Below are positions 40,501 through 53,600 of a stretch of DNA of 64,000 nucleotides, one piece after another. Source of the stretch: Marsupella aquatica (Eukaryota > Plantae > Marchantiophyta); the NCBI GenBank assembly GCA_973895155.1, contig OZ316895.1, forward strand, positions 4,901,181-4,965,180. The letters run 5' to 3'. The translations under genes and the position numbers were made by a program. Below the pieces are notes generated by a model, which saw only the letters and a program-made list of their open reading frames with translations, did no database searches and was not told the DNA's origin. Numbering within the stretch: position 1 is the first letter of the stretch; each line of letters begins with the position of its first letter.

Positions 40501-43500
40501 ACATATGTGTAGTCCTGACACATTCATTTTCACTGCGTTCACACATTAAATTAGGTGGGTAACCTTGAATGTTTTCAAAATTAAGGCTGGTTTATGAATG
40601 GTCTGAAGCATGATGCGGGGCAACAGCTAGCGTCCTTGATGGAGATGTCATAAAACTGGTCATTAAAGACATCCATATTGAGTATTCTGGGCAGTATGTT
40701 TCTAGTAATGCGCAACCAGAATTTTGTACTCTAAAGGGTGTACGTGGTCTAGGTCTATGTTGTTCTCACTTTCACGTACTATATTAGCAAAACTGTGCAT
40801 CATATATTGTCTAGGTTTCAAGCTAGGATAGAGTACATGTTTTCTTTCTGTAATTCAACCGTGGTTCTTAAATTTGTCTGAGGAATGATGCACAGCCAGC
40901 GCTAGCGCCCTTATTAATGGAGAAGGTCTACATATTACGTCACATTGAGTATGCTAGCTGCTTGCTGGGCAACATGCTTCTTTCGATTTGTAGTCTGATC
41001 GACTCGATCTCTGCTTATGTTTGGGTGCACTTTTTGATTTGATCTGGATGGCTATAGTAATAGTTTTGATTTGCTGTTGTTGCCTGCGGTAGTTAAAATG
41101 AAGGATGTGAATTGTCTGAGGTATGATCGATGCACAGCAAGCACTAGCGCCCTTAATGAACATGCCTAAATATGGAAATTCTGCGACATCTACTTTGAGT
41201 ATGCTAGCTGCTTGCTGGCCAATTAATATATATCTTTTAATTTCCACTGGTGCTCTATCATGATCGATCTCTCTCTAGGTCTGGGTCAACAAATTGTTTT
41301 GATAAATAAAGAGTACGTAACAAATTTGATTTTTTGCTTTTGTCACCTGCAATATTGGTTTAGAGCGTCAGAGGATATCTTTCCACTACAAAGACTTGTC
41401 TTATCTTAGGTAGAAGCTAGATGTAAATGAATTGTCCGAGGTGTGGCCGGTGCACCGCAAGCGCTAGCGCCCTTGATGGAGATGTCTAATTATGCGAACT
41501 CTACGACGTCCGCATTGCTTTCTGGGCAAGATGCTTCATTCAATTTATACTCCGACTCGATCTCTGGTTAAGTTAATTTTTTAATGAAGCTCTCTGTAGT
41601 TCGGATAAGGTATGTGTTTCCTTTCTGTAATATATATATTTTATATATGTGGATGCCTTTTTTTAATTCCCAAAGTAATCCACATTATATTGAGTACGCT
41701 AGTTGCTTGCTTGGCAATATGCTTGGTAGAATTTAAAACTTCTCTTTCCTACTCTTATGGTTTGCCTAGTATGGATATGAAAAAAACTATTTGACTCTGG
41801 AAACAATAAATTCAATTCTCAGATTGATAAAACATTTCAAGAGTAGGTATGCCTTGTTCGATGTATGATGCACTGCACACTGCACAGCAAGAGCTGGGCA
41901 GCGCCCTTAAGGCGATGCCATATATCCCTGTGATAACGGTATGCACATTGATTGTGCTAGCTGTAAGTTGCTGGCAATATGCTCTTTCCAAGTTTTACAT
42001 GGGGGTGGCCTGGCCTAAAGTCATGAACCGAACAACTCCTGGACCACTCAGACTAAACATTCATGTCTCACATTGATATAACGTACATTTCAGGAGTAGC
42101 TAGCAATGAATTGCTTGATGTCTGATGCACAGCAAGCGCTAGCGCCCTCAATGGCTATGTCATGAAATTGGTAACAAAAGGCATCCGCATTAAGTGTGCT
42201 AGCTGCTTGCTGGGCAATATGCTATTGAACAATTTGCAACTGCTCTTTCCCAGTCTCATGCATGCATGGGTAGCCTACAAATATAAAGCCAAGAATTGCA
42301 CTCAAACAAAAACAGTACGTGTCAGATTGATAAATCACTTCAAGAGTATGTATGAAGTGAATTATTGGATGTGTGAGGCACAGCAAGAGCTAGCGCTCTT
42401 AATGGCAATGCCATCACATTGGTCGATCAGCAAAAGCATTCACATTGAGTATGCTAGCTGCTTGCTGGACAATATGCTTCCTGATATTCACCGGCCGTAG
42501 TACTTTTCTTTAAATTTATTTCTTTGACCACGAAGTCTCAGTTCCTAAACGGATTAGAACTTCACCTAGCTAGATCGGCTACGGTAGGAGACAGAGCTTT
42601 TTATTATTTTGAAATATTTCCTTACCTTTAAGAAGGTCAGAGGAGCACGAATATCACAAGGGCATCAAACCGATATATGCAATATTGTAATGAACAACTA
42701 TACCAAGGTTCTGTTAGGAGCAGGGAATATAATTCCAGCAAGGAACTAAGTCTCTACATTCCGAATTGGTTTCTTTAATTAATCTCTTCGACAAAGTAAA
42801 CTCACAGGTACGTAATTTTGCAGCTGAAGACGAAGACCGCCTGCCCAAGAACCTAAGGTTTATTTATGGTACGTATTTGACTGAGTTCATTGTGTCACTT
42901 GCCCGGTCACATGTGGGGCAACATGCATGTGAGGCAACGTGCTTGAACCATTTGAAACGCGAGGGAAGATTCTCGTTTGCTACCGATTACCCGACCGATT
43001 GCAGGTACATGACAGTTTCAGATGGATTAATTTTTTAGAGTTTAGTCCAGCCTTGCAAGGGGACTGTTACGACCCATGTACATTTGCAATTAATTGCGCT
43101 AATGTAAACTGTTTGAGACATCGTGTAGCTGGGAAGAAGGCTGGCAGGGTAGGATTATTCCGTTCAGACCCCCTTCAGCCCAGCTGGTACCGATGTTTTC
43201 AACTTCAGTGTTATTGACCATCGTTGGCAACTGCATCGATCTCATAGTCTAAGAAGACGAAGTAGCATAATACCCAGCGACAGGTCCGATTCAACCGACG
43301 AATTACAAGCACAGTAGCAGCTAGGGGAATCGATCACAAAATAAGGTGGATTATATGGAAGAATTTTAGATCCTGTTTCAGAAAGTTCAAACAAGCGTCT
43401 GAGTTGCTTGTCACCTGCAATATCGGTCTGAAATGGTAGACAGTCCCGCGCGAGTCTCAGATCAAACTTCTCTACGTATAGCTTTCCACTGTCCCGCAGT

Positions 43501-44990
43501 AGACATGCAAGTTTGTATATTAGGCGTTGGCAAAATGGTTTCAATAACAATGTGAAGATATGAATCGCTAGTGCCCTAGATAGATCTCTAAATATTCGAC
43601 TCACCGACATCCTCACTGAGTATATATGCGTGCTGGGCAATAATTATGCTTGGTTCGACTTGTACTTCAACTCCATCTTTGGATAAGTTCGAGTCAATAC
43701 TTTGACTAATGAAGAGAATTAAGTAATATTGACTTGCTTCTATCGCTGCAGTATTTGTCTAAAAATTAATTGTCACTACCGGTCGAGATATTAATGTGGG
43801 GACTCAACGACATCTACACCCGTATCTACATTGAGCCTGCTAGCGGCTGCTTGCTGGGCAATATGCTTTATTCAATTTGTACTTGGGCTCTATATATCAT
43901 ATCTCTCAGTAGGTTTGGGTCCATCAATTTGTTTTGATCAAGAGTAAGTATGAATTGTCGGTATGACACGTACACAGCAAGTGGTAGCGCCCTCAATGGA
44001 GATGGTCTACATATATATTCTCTGAAACTCAATGACATCCACATTGAGTATTCTAGCTGCGCGCTTCCTGGGCAACATGCCTATTTCCATTTGTAGTCTG
44101 ACCCGACCTCTGGTTATGTTTGGATCAACTTTTAACCGATCAAGAGTAACAATTTTGATTTGCTTTTGTTGCCTGTGGTATCGGTCTAAAAGTGAAGGTC
44201 ACTTAGGAGTCTCAGGGTATGCCTTTCCACTCCCCTTTCCACTATGTACAACTCATTAGACTGCAGTTTTGTACGTATTATAGGTTAGTAAAACATAAGG
44301 GCCGTCTTGCATGTGCAAGAGTCCTTTAAAAAGCGGCCCTTACCTGCCCACAAACGTCGGGAAAAAGTGTGTGACCAAATCAAAACACGGTCTTTCAAGT
44401 CAATGCTCCACTCAGTAGCGTGTCTTCCTTTGTTTTTTCCACCCCTTGAGAATACAGGCTCAAAGAGTAAGCATGTGCCACTTAAAGGGTATATAATTTG
44501 GGGACCCTCACATGCAAGATGGCTAGGCAGACGTATATATATGAGTTCTACGAGGTATGGTTCACAGCAACCGCTACCGCCCTTATTGGTCGGAGATGTC
44601 TAAATATATATTGGAACTCAACGACGTACATCTACATTGAGTATGCTAGCTGCTTGCTGGGCAACAGGCTTCATTCGATTTGTAGTCTGACTCGATCGAT
44701 CTCCGATTATGTTTGGGTCACCAATTTCTTTTGATCAAGCGTACACACCAATTTGAATTTCTCCTGCAATATAGGTCTAAAGCTTCAGAGCTTATCTTTC
44801 TATTTAAATTGACTCCACAGTGTTATATCTTAGGTACAAGAAGTAAATGAAATGTCGAGGTATGATGCACAGCAAGCTCTAGCGCCCTCAATGGATCTGT
44901 CTAAATATATATCGGAACTCGACGACGTCCACATTGAGTGTGCTAGCTAGCTGCTTGCTGGGCAATACGCTTCATTCAAATTGGGCTTGC
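33820..44990 (+). ncRNA. Tandem cluster of ~28 (+~5 remnant) imperfect stem-loops; putative polycistronic pre-miRNA cluster of one family
   Basis: Each unit has a 5' arm TGCACAGCAA(C/G)(A/C)GCTAGCGCCCTTAATGG..ATGTC, a variable ~9-25 nt loop, and a 3' arm GACATCC.CATTGAGTATGCTAGCTGCTTGCTGGGCA. The arms are imperfect reverse complements (~36 bp), extended by a lower stem tgaattgt..gtat / atgct..acaattca. 5'-arm starts: ~33842, 34189, 34382, 34569, 34768, 34956, 35143, 35342, 35537, 35888, 36239, 36595, 36954, 37318, 39552, 39815, 40070, 40354, 40614, 40889, 41131, 41451, 41881, 42126, 42378, 43971, 44561, 44866. The repeats are seen directly; the miRNA interpretation is inference. Confidence 0.75.
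44301..44523. mobile_element. Possible small MITE inserted between hairpin units
   Basis: gccgtcttgcatgtg (44301-44315) and cacatgcaagatggc (44509-44523) are reverse complements at 14/15 positions. No clear target-site duplication. Confidence 0.4.
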
Positions 44991-47427
44991 ATGGGCTCTA
45001 TCTCTGCGTAGGTGTGGGTCTAAACAATTTGTTTTGATCAAGAGTACGTACATAAAACTTGCGATTTTTCTCCTGTCGCCCTCGCTGTCGCCTACAATAT
45101 CGGTCTAGGCATAAGAGCACATATATCTATTTACTTGTCCTTATATCTAGTCTATTGCAATTAAATAATAAACTTTATCTTGAATATTGCTTGATGGGCA
45201 ATGAATGTTCTTTTGAATTGGTGACTCTTCTTGATCTTGAATATTGTTGTGTCTCTAGAATATTGTTGTGTCTTTGGGCCCTCACTTCTAATAAATATGT
45301 AAGTGAATCGGCCAGTCGATCATGATCACTTTTTACTTACCCATTGTTATTTTTATTTTACTATAAAAGGTTTTTGATCATTTATAATTATGAGTTTGAT
45401 CGAATAATTATGGACCCCTATTAGTCCCTGACACAAGGATGCGTCACTTCAGCGAGTATGGTGACAAATAAGATGGAGCAGGTTTTTTGGAAAACAAAAA
45501 GATCCTTGTCATGTTTGTGTTCATATTTACGTAAATTATAGGATGGCATATCATAAGTATTAAGCGTAAAAAAACAAAATACAAAGGAAGAGATGTAATG
45601 TTTTTCACTGTAATCTTATTAGTTACCATTCTAGTGTTTTTAAATTATTTACTGTGTAATTAATTAAATAATTGTCTCTAAAATAACGTAAGTAAGTAAT
45701 GGCATACTTGATCCTCTTTCTTTTGATGAGAGAGATACCAATGAGAGATGATTTGTGAATACCTAGGGTACTACCATTCTATCACATTGCGTCGAAGAAA
45801 CAGAGAAGTGATCTTCAGTTGAGTTTTGAGTTTGAATTTGAATTTAATTTGAGTTTTGAGGTGAATGGTGGATACAGTATGATCGTATAACTTGCACACA
45901 CTTAAAGAACCGTCATTGACTCAAGAAGTGCAACATCATAAAATGTCCACCTCCCTTTCTCTATGAAGAGATGTCACAATCCCGTCACCGTCACAAACTT
46001 AGCCGCTGCAAATATTGATTTCTTTGATTATGTTGTCGTCGCTTGTCCGCAATGCTTACTTCCCGGCTTGAATTGTTTGCGTCCCTCCAGGCTTCAACTA
46101 AAGCTCACTCTAAACACAAGTTGATGCCAAATGCAGCCTCTATGTCTAATTGAAGAAACAATTGCTGGTCTCCCCTCACACCATGGCTTTCTTAAATTTA
46201 AAAGACTACAAATTAAACCTACATGTGAAGTGATGGCTCGTTTGTTTTGTGTGTTCTTCCCACCAAAATGACAAGCGTTCTTTGGCCAATAGTTGAGTGT
46301 TGTCTTCCGGTCTGTCTTGTGACCATACTGCTTAACATAACTCACAAACAATCATCAAGAATCATGGTAGAAAAACGATTTCTCCAATGTGTAAACGAAA
46401 ATCATAAAAAACTCAATTCCTTCACATTCAACCTTCCATTTGATAAACTAGAGAGATCATCTCAACCAGATCGATCTCTAACTTGTATCTTTCAAGTGTT
46501 CTCTTTTGTACAAAGTATTGGGCCTAGCCACCCAGCACCCTCACCAATCCCAACACCCATGCCTAAGTGCCCTTCATGCCCTTCATGCCCTTCATGCCTC
46601 CATGAAACTTCTTGAGCAAGCAACTTGATGTCTCTTGCACCCCCCGGTGGTCACTCCCATACAAAGCCACACTTGCTCCGTAACACGACCGTTGCTCAAT
46701 GGTCCTCACTGTTTGCACAAGCGACCAAGCACTCCGATGAGTAATCCAAAGGATCTAGACATTTCAAGACTAACATCCTAATTCAAGCTCAAAAGACATT
46801 GGTAAGTAGGTCAACGAATAGGTCCTCCGGCCTTGGTCTGCATGGCCTTGCCATAAGCCAACACTAGAGCCGACACCCACTATTCATCCAAAACAGTTCC
46901 TCTTTGGATGCAGCCCGTGCTCCCCAACGTACCTATCCGTCACTGGCTGACCGCCCTGCCCCCAGGACCCTAACCCCCAAGCTTCACATGACCCAACTAG
47001 CTTCTAATGTTAGTCTAAGTTCTTAATGTGTGCCATTAGGTCAATGCATCACCTTTGCTAGTACAACGCCTCATTGTCCACAAGTCTCCCTATATTTAGT
47101 ACCCACCGAATCAATAACCGTCCCGAGGGCTTGGACTATAAAGAAGCTTGACATTGGAATCAGCAATACTAAAGCTAAGTGGTAGGATAGTGGAATTTGG
47201 CAACTCCTCCTAAAATGTAAGAAAAATACATTTTAAAACCTCTATAAAGTTGAACCCTAAACTTGGAATATTCCAAAAATAGACTCTAATGTTCTTACAT
47301 ATATAAGTCTCAAAATAGAATGTAAAGGACCCTAATGTTTCTCTCAGAAAATTCTTAAGTAAGTTTTTTTTTAGAACCATAAAACATTATCCTTTGTCGC
47401 ATGTGATGTGTCATTTTTGTGGAAGTG

Positions 47428-49311
47428 AAACCCCAGCTTTGATATATGATCAACATATGGTTGAATTTCTATCCTAATAAAAAATTCTAGGTCTTTAGCC
47501 ATATAATTATATGGCAGTCATGTGTCACCAAAGCCTTGACCAGAGCTTGGACCAAAGCTTTTCATCGATTATTCCAGGTGTCACAACATCATTTTGGCCC
47601 TCTCTCTTGAGGCCCATAAAAAGCTTTCAATCCCGATCTTGCAAGCCTCTTGTGGATTCTCTTTGTGAGTTTTATCGATCAGCAATGGATCAATATATCA
47701 CAAGTGTTGGTGGTGTTGCATTTATTTCTCTAGCTTAGAAGCTTGAAATTCATTTGTTGTTTGTTGTAGTTAGTTTGCATAGTAGAAAGCCAAGGTAAAT
47801 TGCCAAAGTGTTGCTTTAATCAATGCCAATACAACCTAAAACCCTCAGTCTTAGATATATTTGTCAATGGCAAACATGTAATACAGACTCTCCTTGATGT
47901 TAAATATATTTATGATGATAAATATATTATGGTGTTTGTGACGATGTATGTAGGAGATATTTGCACTTTATTGGCACCCATCAACCAGATAGTCATTGGT
48001 TTACATGTGTTCTAGTGATAAATGGTCTTTACCAATGAATTGATGTGGATTGGAGAGCATAGTGGAAATGGTGATCAACTCTGTACAGATCACAAGACCC
48101 GTTGTTTTTCCTTGTGAACAAATCAAGAGATTGATTGGCAGGACATATCACTCGACTAATGATGAACCTAAAGTATTTTGTTGTGCACACCTTGATCAAT
48201 TTGTCACAATTTTTACCATTATGCTTGTTTAAGAAGTCTATTGATGGTTAGACAATTCCTACAAGTTAAGACCTGAGTAATATATGTTGCAAGTTCTTGA
48301 TGTGTCACTATTGCGACAATCACTTCAAATGCATAAACTTGGTATCCTTGACCTTGTCTAGTGTTGCAAATGTCTGCACTGGGTGCCATGATGGAACATA
48401 TGGTACCTTGACAATTGGCCTCTAGTTTATTGCCCTCACCATGTTATGTGAAATGGTTACCCTAACCCTGTTGATCATCATACAACTTACTCACACTACA
48501 TAGCATGGTTGATAAACTCTTTATGTTTTTATTAACAAACAAAGAGTAGATTGTTGTTCTATTGATTCTAGTATCACTATGATCAAGCATAACATAGTAA
48601 TGTCAATAAACTAGACACTAGATGCCAAAGTATGACATGTCTCAATCACATATTTCTTCAGATGCCTGCTGTTGTTGTGAGACTCATCCTAATACCAAGT
48701 GCGAGACATTTGCAATACTAGTTTAGGTCAAGAATAACAGGTTTACGTAATTAGAAAACCTGCAAGTTCAACACTCATATCTTTGTTTGTGGAACCGCCA
48801 ATTAAACCATCAATAGACTTTGCAAACAACCAAAGTATTTAATAAAACTTACAGCAATCAAGATGTGCATAACAAAATACTCTAGGCTCATCAATGATAA
48901 GTTGATCTATTCACTAAATCAAGCTCTTAGTCGATCCACAAAAGTAACAATGAACTTTGTGATTTGTACAAAATTTATCTACGTGTACATTATGATTTCC
49001 TTCTATATGGTTTCCTTCTACATGGTTAAACACCATTTATCATGCACATTATGATTTCCTTCTGCATTGTTAATAAAATTCTATATTGCATATTCGCCAT
49101 GGACAAATATATCAAAGTCAGAAAGGTATAAATTACAGTGTCATTGCTTTAAAACAAAACTTTGACAATTAAACCCTAAACCCTAAACCCCCAGCTTTGA
49201 TATATGATCAACATATGGTTGAATTTCTATCCTAATAAAAAATTCTAGATCTTTAGCCATATAATTATGTGGCAGTCATGTGTCACCAAATTAAAGCCTT
49301 GACCAGAGCTT
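47428..49311. repeat. ~120 bp direct repeat, copies at ~47428-47548 and ~49185-49311
   Basis: ccccagctttgatatatgatcaacatatggttgaatttctatcctaataaaaaattctag.tctttagccatataattat.tggcagtcatgtgtcaccaaa is present twice. Confidence 0.9.
49170..49190. repeat. Short interstitial plant telomere-type repeat (TAAACCC)3; a 2-unit run also occurs near 18090
   Basis: taaaccctaaaccctaaaccc. Confidence 0.75.
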
Positions 49312-50077
49312 TTCATTGATTTCGACCACATTTTTTTGTGAACAAAACTTTGACAATTTAACTCAACTCTATAATCTGCAATCCAACTGTGATTTTGTAA
49401 TCAGCAATGACAATTTAACTCGGCTCTGTAATCTGCAATCCAACTGTGGCTCTATAGTCTGCAATCTGCAATTATACAATTGCAATAAACAATAAATGAT
49501 TTTCAAGTTTTTAAGAGAATTAAGTGCAGCATCACAACCAGTTGTAGTTGATATCCACTGCAATTCAACAAAGGTCATAAGTTTGGAAGATTTTTATGGG
49601 TCTGATGAGAGTGAGGCAAAGCAGATACTGTGAAACCTAGAATGGATCCACAGAAGCTCTGGTGATACAGGACTGCAAAACATATGTTTAAGGACTTGGG
49701 GTACCCCTTCTTAAAATATAAAGACTACCGTACATATATGGTCATCCAGTATAGTCAAGAGATTGTATGGTTACTAACCCTGAACCCACAACTCAGGCCT
49801 GCGGCTGAATTATAAGACCCCTTACTTTAGCTAGAAGATAAGTACTCACTGATGGAATGTATCTCCATGCACTAAAGTCATCCCAGCCCTGGCCAGTAGA
49901 GAGATTATAACCATAAGATAAGTTGTAGTCACCCATGGTAACCATCTCTGCTATATATGATGTCACCCTCACAATGGCTTTGGAGAACCATGCACACCAG
50001 CAACAAACTTCACATTCGTGGTCACCAATGTTTCCCATTGACAATTATGGCCTTTCCTTTTACATGTTGATGACTTC

Positions 50078-50284
50078 CAAAAACATGATTAGTCTCTCAC
50101 CCCCCGCAATTCATTAAACAGTAGTCTAAGCTGCTGATCATGTAATTACTTCAAAAAACATGGTTAGTTTTTCACCCCCCAAATCAATAAAACAGTAATC
50201 TATGGTAGTAGATTACATCCAAAAACATGGTTAGTCTTTCACCCCCCCAATTCATTAAAACAGTAGTCTTAGCTACTGATCATT
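50078..50284. repeat. ~70 bp minisatellite, 3 diverged copies
   Basis: aaaaacatg.ttagt.t.tcacccccc...aaacagta.tct is repeated three times. Confidence 0.8.
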
Positions 50285-50569
50285 GCACTCGGGAAGCCTC
50301 ACAACCTCATGTTGTCATTAATGGCTCCAAAGTTTCACGGATGTCATGGAGTAAGCTGAACATGAGCGACAACTCTGGCTCCAGGAGGGATTGTTCTCAT
50401 CAAAAATATTTCAAATATTTTGGATCAATTTGTAATCTCTAACTCTAACTGACCCAAGAATACTCAAAGCTATTGATGAGATGCAGATAGAATTCTATCA
50501 ATAATTTTGACCATATTTGGGTTTAAGTTCGAGATTAAAATTCATCCAAGATATTCCAAGCAATAGATC

Positions 50570-50691
50570 CACTAGATAGAATCCCTTTCTCTAGCAATAG
50601 CTAGTCGTGCTTCTGACTCCACAAAGTTACACTAGATAGAATCCCTTTCTCTAGCAATAGCTAGTCGTGCTTCTGACTCCACAAAGTTACA
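50570..50691. repeat. Perfect 60 bp tandem duplication overlapping the TDP1beta stop codon/3' UTR
   Basis: cactagatagaatccctttctctagcaatagctagtcgtgcttctgactccacaaagtta occurs twice in tandem. Confidence 0.95.
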
Positions 50692-53600
50692 GTCTCTGGC
50701 ATTTCCTTCCGATCATGGGCGTGAAGGGATCAATCTGGCTCCAAAGGAGTTCTCCATACTCTTCCTCCTGTTGCGAGTTTGACGCAGACTCGAGACACAG
50801 CTGAGATTCATCCCCATTATCATCTGTGTCAGATCTTGCCATCTCTATCTCGCTATCGTCACTTGAGCCGCTTTCTAGAAGTGACAATTTACTCCTCAAG
50901 CTCTCCGCAACGTTATACATTGCTTTCTTTGTGGCAGGTTGATCCACGTCCAGATATTTTGGAGCCGGGACACAAAAGGGTAACACGAACTTGTCCAAGC
51001 CCAACCTCTCGTTATCCACGTCTGATTCCATCTTGCTCTCGTCCAAATTAGGCTTCTGAGCGAGTGGTTTAAACTGAAGTAATTTTGGACCTTCATTCGG
51101 AGGAGGCTCCACAAATACGAGGCCAACCTCGTAGTTAGAGATAAACAAGTTACAACCTAAGGTGGTTGGACGGCAGTTGCAAGGATGAACAGCTTTAGCG
51201 TGCGGCCTACCCCATGCAGCTGGGCTGAAATTATGTGATCCGCAGTAGACCCAACCGTAAGGAGCCTCTCTGGGATGGCTTTGAAATCTCCTTTGTGCCA
51301 CCTGGTCAAGAAATGAACGCGCTAATTACGGGGTCCATTTCAGCTGAACACAAATTATTGTACTTTAACTAGCATTGGATATGAGGAGTCCTGGTGACTG
51401 ACCTTCACGTGCATGGGGATGCCCTCACGTTCAGCTGGAAATGGAACGGCGTCATAGAGGATGCAAGCTGTCTTCAATCTCTCCCATGTGCTCTAAGGAA
51501 GAGACAGTTGTAAAAAGTGTTAGAATTTTGATATCTTACACAATTACCTTCATCAAGTAAATTAATTCAAATCTCAAAGTGAGGTACAGCAGGAACGCAA
51601 GTGAGGAAGAAATAGATAAACACGGTCACCAGTTCAAGAGGGATTGCCTGAGGCTCATACCTCAGCAAAGCACAGAACTGCTTGGTGGCTGAAAAGTCCA
51701 CATTTGGCAGCTTTTACACTTTGGATGGTTGGAAATACCACTCCTATAGACGGAGCGTTAGCTTCATGTTCAGTTGTCCAGGCGCCCCACTGCAGTAAGA
51801 AAAGGCGTGAGAACTCAAAATAAATGAACGTAGAAAATTATTATCAGGGAAGCCCGTTGTGAGATTGATCATCCTCATTCAAATGTCCAGGAGAACGCTT
51901 TGTCATAACTATGTGCACCTGAGAGTCTGACTCTTCAGACAAATCTGAACGAACTGCTTTCTTCCCGGCAGCAACAGAAAATGCAGCTAAAAAGGCAGCA
52001 TCCAAAGATGTTCCAATGGAAGATGAACCTGGCATGGCCAAAAGAGGTACGGAAATCTCAATGATATTGACAGATATAAATTGAGTTCACAAAAAAATGC
52101 GGAGTTTGCTCAGAAGCTTAATTACGAAATAATCAAAACGGAAAACCCCATCAGAAAGAAACAAAAACTCTTAGGCCAGTCAGTCGAAGTCTACATAACG
52201 CAAGACTTAAAAGTGACTGGGTTTACCGTAGATGAAATTGGTCTCGCTTGCGTCTAGCCAATTGAACTTGGATAGAATCTGCAAGATTTACACCACAAAC
52301 AATTAGCATACAAGAAACTATTACCAAATTGCTCAACAGATAGTAAGCTCGAAGCGTTTCATATGTCGGACTATTTTGAGAGGAAGCGTCGTCCACGTAC
52401 CAAGTCTAACTTTGAGGACCTTCCAAAGACATTCATAAGCATCCAAAGGAAGTCATTTCTAGTAGGTCAGCAGGTTCTTTACTGATTTATCTAATGCATG
52501 GTATTCATGCCATAAACGCAATTTCAATAGCTAATCATCATCCTGACCTTAGATTCATTGCAAGCAGACACACTTTGGGTGAGAGACTATCTACCTGACG
52601 AAGTCGCCACAATCCAAGAGGGCGCTCCATGTTCCGTAACAAGCCGCATAAGGCTATGGTGTGATGAAGGGATAAATCCTTGGTTGAAAGGGATGAAAAT
52701 GTCCGGCCCTGCCCAGAAAGATGGCTCAGGTTTGTACAAGCTACCAAAGAAAACTAAACTCCTAAGAAAAATTTGGAAAAGGTCCTTACAATCTTCCTAT
52801 GCACCTTTGAAAAGGAGTTGAATTTCCATGGGTAAGAGAATGCTCGATTATTATAGACTTTACAGTTTATCACCATAGTAAATTACATGACATTCCTTGA
52901 TGAGAGAGACCACTCACCTCAAAAACATATAGTACAAGCTGTGGAACTTTCTTGCTCATTCCATTCGCGAGACCAATCACTTCATTTGGCCGGATGAAAG
53001 CTGCGAATGTGCAGAGACCACTGTCATAAAGGGGAGCAACCCACTTTGCTACAGGTCGTGGCAGAAAACCTATGTGTACAGAATTCGCTGGAAGAGAGGA
53101 AGACAGTGAGTCCCCAGCCACCTGCAAAAGATCTTTTCCATTGACCACCTCCATGCCACCTTGGTTTGAGTCTGAAGACACAATTACAGTCACGGCATTT
53201 GAATCGGCGGTCAAATTTGTGATTCTTTCCAATTGAACTTTAACCAATCCACTCTCCAGTAAATCTGTATTGTTCAGAATAGCTGCAAGGGTTCGAACTC
53301 GTTTCCCACATGGATCAGCGGAATCCTTGAACCTATGACTTACTCCAACCACAGTGCTCTGAACAGCAGCAAGCAACTTTCTAGTTCGCCGAACACCATT
53401 CTCTGCAGTTAATAAGTCCTGCGGTTAACGGAGCCTGTCAGTAATTGCAATGTCCGTCGCTTGCGAATATTCCAACTTTTTATCAAAGTCAGTAGTCTCT
53501 CGGTTATGTCCACATCTCGTTTCAGACGAAAACCTGCGGACTTACGTGAGGGTTATTAATACTTAGGAATTTCCACATGTTCACAGAGATTTACATATTT

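Noticed and set aside
33838-44964. C/D-box snoRNA cluster (ATGATG precedes many hairpins)
   Set aside because: The motif is AUGAUGC rather than RUGAUGA, no conserved terminal CUGA D box is present, and the unit is one long stem.
33820-44990. CRISPR array interpretation of the repeat-spacer pattern
   Set aside because: Eukaryotic context with no cas genes; spacers are homologous to each other and irregular in length; the repeat is a ~90-130 nt hairpin.
45400-49100. Possible decayed DNA-transposon coding remnants
   Set aside because: Frames are riddled with stops and I could not identify a diagnostic transposase motif or termini by eye; needs a translated search.
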